DNA from: Thermoproteota archaeon
GTDB lineage: Archaea; Korarchaeota; Korarchaeia; B14-G2
DNA length: 64,000 bases
Assembly: GCA_037917675.1 (NCBI GenBank)
Contig: JAVCBW010000025.1
Location: 48,289 to 112,288 of the forward strand
Direction of reading: 5' to 3'
This document shows, piece by piece, positions 58,878 through 64,000 of this stretch (its first letter is position 1; each line of letters starts with the position of its first letter). The notes under the pieces were generated by a model. The model made no database searches. It was not told the DNA's origin and was given only the letters and a program-made list of their open reading frames with translations. Both the position numbers and the translations under genes were made by a program.

Positions 58878-59572
58878 CCTTCCTTCCCTCTTAATGGGAC
58901 AAATGCTACTATACCAGCCTTCTTGGTAGATATAGAGCCGCTAGGCTCCTTCTTAACTACAAGGAGCTCCTGCCCCCACAGTGAGTAGGGAGAGCCTATA
59001 GGTATTACCATTAAGCCACCGGGAGCCAGTTGATCTACTAGTGGCGGAGGGACTCTCGGTGCGGCAGCAGTTACTAGGATTCTATCGTATGGGGCATGAG
59101 AAGGATACCCCATACTTCCATCACCAATTACCACAATAACTCTATCAGAATAGCCAGCAGACCTGAGGTTCTGGATTGCACGGCGAGCTAGCACCTCATC
59201 TATCTCTATGGAATACACTACACCCCACCTAGACCTATCTACGTCAGAGGGAGCAACTATCTCCGCAATCGTAGCTGCATGGTAGCCGCTCCCAGTCCCA
59301 ACCTCTAAAACTTTCATGCCAACATCAAGCTCTAAAAGCTCGTTCATCAGACAGACCATGTCTCGCCCGGCCTAGCAGCCGTGTGGCGCGCTTATGGTCT
59401 GCCCTCTCCCTATGGGAAGTGGCGTGTCCTCATATGCTTGCTCTCTCAAATCTTCCGGGACAAAGAGCTCCCGTTTAACCCTCAAAAAAGCCCTTTTCAC
59501 TTTCTCAGTTCTTATAAAGCCCTCAGCCTGCAGTAGCCTACATAACCTAGCTCTTCTGTCATCAAAGCTCAC
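58868..59572 (-). CDS. pcm: Protein-L-isoaspartate O-methyltransferase, two exons (59383-59572, 58868-59361)
   Basis: RELFVP..AYEDTPLPIG.GQTISAPH | MV..VLEVGTGSGYHAA, APYDRILVTAAA; split by 21-nt insertion. Confidence 0.9.
59362..59382 (-). other. Putative BHB mRNA intron in pcm
   Basis: CGCC-AC^A-CGGCT-GCTA-GGCCG-GGCG-AG^A; in-frame TAG; removal restores His codon. Confidence 0.85.
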
Positions 59573-59620
59573 ATGCACCCCCAGAACATTTATGTTCAAC
59601 CCTAAAATATTACTCTGGGG

Positions 59621-60043
59621 ATGCTGAGAGAAGAGATAATAGCCTGGGGACACCCTAATATATCTGCTAGGCACAAGACGACATTCCAGCTAACAAAAGA
59701 TCGTGAGATAACGAGGAAAGCAGACTGTATAATAGGAGTTAATGCTGACAAGGCATGCATAGATCTGAGAAGAGAGATGAAGCAGCACATAAGGTCAGGA
59801 GGGTGGCTCAGGATAAGAATACAGGCTGGCGAGCTTTCTGATGAGCTTATAGCTAGGGGAGCTAGGGGAGCGCCTCTTACTAGTGAGAAGGACATTGTAG
59901 TCAGAAAGTCAGCATACGTAGATGAGAGGACAATAGCAATAGAGGCAAGCAAAGCAGCCATAGAAATAGATAGAAGGCTAATCGGCCTAGCTAGAAAGCC
60001 AGATACTATCATCAGGGTCGTGCTAGAAGCTATTGTGCTATGA
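59621..60043 (+). CDS. DUF371 family protein
   Basis: GHPNISARHKTT, DCIIGV, VVRKS. Confidence 0.88.
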   Translation: MLREEIIAWGHPNISARHKTTFQLTKDREITRKADCIIGVNADKACIDLRREMKQHIRSGGWLRIRIQAGELSDELIARGARGAPLTSEKDIVVRKSAYVDERTIAIEASKAAIEIDRRLIGLARKPDTIIRVVLEAIVL

Positions 60044-60099
60044 TCAGCAGATCTTCTACAGATGCTAACTTTTAAAACTACATTGTTAATAGCTAAGGT

Positions 60100-60219
60100 G
60101 GGCCCGTAGCTCAGCCTGGATGCAGGGGTGATTGGAGCGCCCGATAAGTGAGGTGAAGCTGATAACCGGGAGTGTACTGATGTACACCGAGGTCGAGGGT
60201 TCAAGTCCCTCCGGGCCCA
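60100..60219 (+). tRNA. tRNA-Ile(GAT) with three introns (60120-60131 D-loop; 60144-60157 at 30/31; 60173-60191 at 45/46)
   Basis: Removal gives a 75-nt cloverleaf; helices GCCT/GGGT, CGCC/GGTG, CGGG/ACCG. Confidence 0.9.
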
Positions 60220-60222
60220 CTG

Positions 60223-60639
60223 GTGTTAACATTGAGGAGAAAGAAGCCGCTTATATTAGACTCTAGCTTATTGATAGCTATGGCTGAGAAGAGAAATCTA
60301 AGCTTGGATAGAGTTTTCGAGGATGTACTCTGTGACTTCAAGCTTGCGACGACAGCCTCCGTAGTGGAGGAGCTGAGGGAGATGGCTTCAGGTAAGGGGA
60401 GCCGGGCACTAAAGGCAAGAGTAGCGCTCACCATTGCTGGGAAGCTTAAGATATTCGATAGCATATCAAAGGATGCTGATACAGATGTTATAGAGGTAGC
60501 TGCTAAGCTGGGAGGCGTTGTAGCCACATGCGACCTCGAGCTGAGGAGAAAAGCCATGAGGAAAAGGGTACCTACGCTCTACCTTAGAGGTGGAAAAAGA
60601 CTTATGATTGATAACACGTTGGGAAGCTACCTCCCCTAG
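60223..60639 (+). CDS. PIN-domain protein (Fcf1/Utp24-like)
   Basis: ILDSS, VVEEL, DADT, VATCDLELR; precedes rpoE1. Confidence 0.82.
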   Translation: MLTLRRKKPLILDSSLLIAMAEKRNLSLDRVFEDVLCDFKLATTASVVEELREMASGKGSRALKARVALTIAGKLKIFDSISKDADTDVIEVAAKLGGVVATCDLELRRKAMRKRVPTLYLRGGKRLMIDNTLGSYLP

Positions 60640-60655
60640 ATTCAGGTGTTAGAGG

Positions 60656-61192
60656 ATGTTTTACATAGCGACATTTAGAGACACTGTTGAAGTCGAGCCT
60701 CATGAGCTAGGAGGGGAGCTTGGTAAGGTTATGCTAGAGAGGCTTAGAAGAAGATATTCAGATAGGTTTATCCCTGGAATAGGCTATATAGTTGAGGTGC
60801 TGAATGCAAGGAGGGAGAAATTCGGTAGAGCATCCCCCTTCGATGGAAACATATACTTTAAGGTGATGTTTGAAGCACTGATATTCATGCCTGAGCTCAT
60901 GGAGATAGTTGAGGGAGAAGTCGTCTCAGTTGTGGATTATGGGATATTCGTGGATCTCGGAGCTGTGCGCGCATTAGTGCATATATCACAGCTCGCAGAC
61001 GATTACTTCAGCTATGATGGAAAGAACCTCGTTGGAAAAAAGGTCACCTTTAGCGTTGGAGACATTGTGAGAGGGCGTATCATAGCTATATCTAAGTCTC
61101 GTGAAAGGGGTGAGAAGGTGAGGCTTAGAGTCAATCTCACATGCAGGCAACCTGGGCTAGGTAAAGTAGAGGTGGAACAGAGTGAGACTTAA
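60656..61192 (+). CDS. rpoE1: RNA polymerase subunit Rpo7 (E')
   Basis: EIVEGEV..YGIFV..LVHISQ, TCRQPGLGK. Confidence 0.93.
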   Translation: MFYIATFRDTVEVEPHELGGELGKVMLERLRRRYSDRFIPGIGYIVEVLNARREKFGRASPFDGNIYFKVMFEALIFMPELMEIVEGEVVSVVDYGIFVDLGAVRALVHISQLADDYFSYDGKNLVGKKVTFSVGDIVRGRIIAISKSRERGEKVRLRVNLTCRQPGLGKVEVEQSET

Positions 61193-61370
61193 GGCATGTA
61201 AATCTTGTAGGTCCATAGTGGTAGATGGAGACAAGTGCGGTAAGTGTGGGTCTACGCAGCTCACACACAACTGGGATGCCCTTTTTATATTACTCAACCC
61301 AGAGAAATCTGAGCTTGCTAAAAAGCTTAGCGTAAACATAGAGGGAGCTTATGCTCTGCTGGTGAAGTGA
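61182..61370 (+). CDS. spt4: Transcription elongation factor Spt4
   Basis: KACKSC..CGKCGS..PEKSELAKKL..GAYAL. Confidence 0.92.
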   Translation: MRLKACKSCRSIVVDGDKCGKCGSTQLTHNWDALFILLNPEKSELAKKLSVNIEGAYALLVK

Positions 61371-61371
61371 C

Positions 61372-61695
61372 ATGGAGGAGGCTATAGAGGTTGTTAGCAA
61401 GATTAGCAGGAAATCCATTCCCAGAAGGGAATATGAGCTGAGAGTGAAGCATACAGGTAGAGGGATTCCAAGCAGATCTGAGCTGAGAGAGCTCTTAATC
61501 CCAAAACTGCGAGAGAAACCAGATACAACTGTGATAGTTAAGATACTGGGAGAAACAGGGCTTCAGGAGTCTAGGGTAATAGTCCATGCATATGATAGCA
61601 AGAGCACAATGGAGCTCTTCGAGCCAGAGCACATTCTCAGAAAAAACTTCCAGGTAGGGGGAAAGGAAGAGGGGGGTGAGGGTGACGAAGGGTAA
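61372..61695 (+). CDS. rps24e: 30S ribosomal protein eS24
   Basis: RRE..H...PSR, HAYDS...[10 protein letters not shown]. Confidence 0.88.
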   Translation: MEEAIEVVSKISRKSIPRREYELRVKHTGRGIPSRSELRELLIPKLREKPDTTVIVKILGETGLQESRVIVHAYDSKSTMELFEPEHILRKNFQVGGKEEGGEGDEG

Positions 61696-61852
61696 GAAGA
61701 CCAGCGCATACCGCTATTACCGGGTAGAAGAGGGGGAGCTGATCAGGTTAAATAGGAAGTGCCCTAGGTGTGGAAGTTTTCTAGCAGAACACGAGGACAG
61801 AAGATCCTGCGGGAAATGCGGATACACGGAGTTCAAGCAAACACAAGGATAG
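61682..61852 (+). CDS. rps27ae: 30S ribosomal protein eS31 (S27ae) (not in ORF track)
   Basis: [32 protein letters not shown]. Confidence 0.93.
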   Translation: MTKGKKTSAYRYYRVEEGELIRLNRKCPRCGSFLAEHEDRRSCGKCGYTEFKQTQG

Positions 61853-61892
61853 CGGTGATAAAGCTTAAAACAGCAGAAGCAATGTCTTCAAG

Positions 61893-62003
61893 GGGCCCGT
61901 AGCTCAGCTCGGATAGGGTCCTGAAGAGAGCGCCGAGCTTACGCGTAAGCCTGCGGAAGATGCGGCAAGCCGGAGGCCGAGGGTTCAAGTCCCTCCGGGC
62001 CCG
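61893..62003 (+). tRNA. tRNA-Arg(GCG) with three introns (61915-61926 D-loop; 61936-61948 at 29/30; 61957-61967 at 37/38)
   Basis: Removal gives a 75-nt cloverleaf; helices TCGG/CTGA, GCGC/GCGT, CTGC/GCGG. Confidence 0.9.
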
Positions 62004-62004
62004 C

Positions 62005-62688
62005 TTATGTGATAGGAGGAACTATTAGGGTCACGATATCTCCATCCTCTAAGCTCAGTGACTCTCGTAGGTTCCTTGGAGAAATGACTTCAACTATCCC
62101 TCGTGGATGATGTGTTCTTTCAGGTTTAATCACATGTACTCTCTCAGATCTGTTTAGGGAAGCGAGATAGCAGTAGACAGCACCATACCTCCTGCCCTCA
62201 TGTGTGAAGCCTGGGATTACTATTGGAGAAAGCAGTCTCTCGACAGCTACCAGCTTTGGTAGATCCCTTTCACATAACCGAATGTTGAGAGTTCCAGGGT
62301 ATGGTATATACCCCAGTTTCTCTCTGAATGACGTGAGATAGCCAGGAAGAGACATGTAGTACCTACCCTCTCCAAGGCCTGAGACCACACTACCCTGTAG
62401 TATAACAGGAATCGACATATCAAGTAGGGCTTTAGAAAGCGTAGAGTAAAGCTCCTCCAGTATACCAACAGCTTGCCTGCTTAGCCTTATCCTAAGCTCA
62501 CCTCTCTCCTTTTTCAGCTCGATGAGGTCTCGATGAGAGAGCTCAGATATCCAACGATATGCTGTCTGTCTTGGGACCTTCATCACCGATGCCACATCTC
62601 TTGGAGTAAGATATCTGTCTATGGCGCTTTCAGATAGCTTAATCAAAGCATAGAGCAATCTAGGTGGCAGGTCACTGTATGACAGCAA
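62005..62688 (-). CDS. ribK: HTH-fused CTP-dependent riboflavin kinase (RbkR-type)
   Basis: N-terminal HTH; SGLGEGRYY, PYPGTLN, PERTHH, EVISP. Confidence 0.92.
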   Translation of the reverse strand: MLSYSDLPPRLLYALIKLSESAIDRYLTPRDVASVMKVPRQTAYRWISELSHRDLIELKKERGELRIRLSRQAVGILEELYSTLSKALLDMSIPVILQGSVVSGLGEGRYYMSLPGYLTSFREKLGYIPYPGTLNIRLCERDLPKLVAVERLLSPIVIPGFTHEGRRYGAVYCYLASLNRSERVHVIKPERTHHPRGIVEVISPRNLRESLSLEDGDIVTLIVPPIT

Positions 62689-63410
62689 GCAAGCACCAAC
62701 CTCATGTGCATAAGGGGCTTAATATAGCTAAAGCAATACGAGTACAGAAGCTACTCGCTAGCAAGGTTCTGGTGAGAGACGTAGGCGAGGAGATCTATAA
62801 GGTAGCTGGAGTTGATGTAGGGTATCCTAGCTGGAAAAAGGCCTTAGCATGCCTGGTAGTTTATGATTTGGAGGAGAAGAGGTTCGTTGAGGCAGCCTGT
62901 GCTCTATGCGACATCAAAGTCCCTTATATCCCTGGACTTCTGGCTTTTCGAGAGCTTAAACCAATGCTGATGGCTATGAAGAAGGCTAGCTTTGATGCCA
63001 TCATAGTGAATGGATGTGGGATAAATCATCCTAGGAAGCTTGGACTAGCATCCCACCTGGGAGTCGTAGCAAATACCAGGAGCATCGGAGTTACTCGAAG
63101 AAGCCTAATCAGAGGAGGATCGCTAGAGAAGAGAGGGGAGTATATGGTTAGGATCGTTAATGGAGAGGAAGTTGAAGCAATCCTAGAGGCCAAAACTGGA
63201 GGGCGTCTTGTAGTAGGAGTAGGACATGGATTCTCGCTGAAGACAGCGGTATCCCTAGTGATGGAGCTCCTTGAAGAGAGAAGGAGACTCCCGCTGCCAC
63301 TTGCTGAAGCTCATACGCTCTCATCCAAGCTAGCGCGGCTACTGAGAGCTGAGGTCAATTTGGCAGATAAAAAGTCAGATCTACACCTATCTAGCAGCCT
63401 TCTAATATAG
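62679..63410 (+). CDS. nfi: Endonuclease V
   Basis: AGVDVGY, PYIPGLLAFRE, HPRKLGLASHLG. Confidence 0.88.
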   Translation: MTASKHQPHVHKGLNIAKAIRVQKLLASKVLVRDVGEEIYKVAGVDVGYPSWKKALACLVVYDLEEKRFVEAACALCDIKVPYIPGLLAFRELKPMLMAMKKASFDAIIVNGCGINHPRKLGLASHLGVVANTRSIGVTRRSLIRGGSLEKRGEYMVRIVNGEEVEAILEAKTGGRLVVGVGHGFSLKTAVSLVMELLEERRRLPLPLAEAHTLSSKLARLLRAEVNLADKKSDLHLSSSLLI

Positions 63411-63928
63411 TCTACTTTAGGGCGTACTGGAATAAGAGACTCTGGGTAGACTAGGGACATTAGAGCATGATATATCTCGTCTATGAGGCCAATACACTTC
63501 TCAGCATGCTTCAGGTCTCCACTCAGTGCCTTGACCAACATGACCCTCCTCAGCTCACCTGCCACATCAGCTAGCCCGAGAAGGTACTCCTTAGGTGGGA
63601 TCATCAAGTCAGTGTGTGTTGGAATAGAGGTTTTAGCGAGTATTGCATGAAGTATAGCAGCTTCAGCTATCTCCTGAGAAGCACTGCTCAGATACCTCTC
63701 TACTAGAGCTGTGCTTCTCGAATCCCAGCAGCTTTCTATAGCTAGCCTGTACTTCTCTAGTGAACTCCTAATCAGCTGTTCAGCCTCACTAAGGCTATCT
63801 TTAACAAGCAGACTTATAGCCTTCCTAATAAGACGCTGAATGTCTCTGGCTAGCTTAAGAGCCCTCTCTCTAGCCTCATCATACCTATCAAGCTCCTTCC
63901 TAGCCTCCTCAACTGCATTAGAGAACAT
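63311..63928 (-). CDS. Translin family protein
   Basis: DEARERAL..R, QEIAEA, YLLGLADVAGELRR, RPKVD. Confidence 0.9.
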   Translation of the reverse strand: MFSNAVEEARKELDRYDEARERALKLARDIQRLIRKAISLLVKDSLSEAEQLIRSSLEKYRLAIESCWDSRSTALVERYLSSASQEIAEAAILHAILAKTSIPTHTDLMIPPKEYLLGLADVAGELRRVMLVKALSGDLKHAEKCIGLIDEIYHALMSLVYPESLIPVRPKVDYIRRLLDRCRSDFLSAKLTSALSSRASLDESV

Positions 63929-64000
63929 GCACCTCCTAGAAGGTTGCGTTTAAAAACATGAAATGAGAATACTAGGTGCATGATGATAGAGATACCACCT

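Noticed and set aside
59360-59382. Pyrrolysine or selenocysteine recoding in pcm
   Set aside because: Readthrough would leave 7 extra residues in a conserved motif; no pyl genes in the window; TAG is a normal stop here; the BHB explains it exactly

Overview
Gene-dense core chromosome segment of a TACK/Thermoproteota-type archaeon (PolB1, Rpo8 and SmAP3 together with SepF and a PRC-barrel protein). It encodes translation, transcription, RNA-processing, mevalonate and DNA-metabolism genes, the SRP RNA and 18 tRNA genes. The dominant feature is invasion by small bulge-helix-bulge (BHB) introns. 17 of 18 tRNAs are interrupted, with about 28 introns of 10-28 nt, mostly at non-canonical positions, including two triple-intron tRNAs. 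The best candidate for a new system is a 21-nt, stop-containing BHB intron inside the protein-coding gene pcm (59362-59382), whose removal exactly restores the conserved TISAPHMV motif. Other notable items: a tRNA-Thr with a duplicated acceptor strand beside an 8/9 intron, an H/ACA-like K-turn hairpin in the dnaG leader, an Smc5/6-like SMC-kleisin-kite operon, and a TFB paralog coupled to a membrane HerA/VirB4-like ATPase. There are also decayed IS607 and ABC transporter genes. All calls come from manual motif and pairing inspection; no database searches were run.
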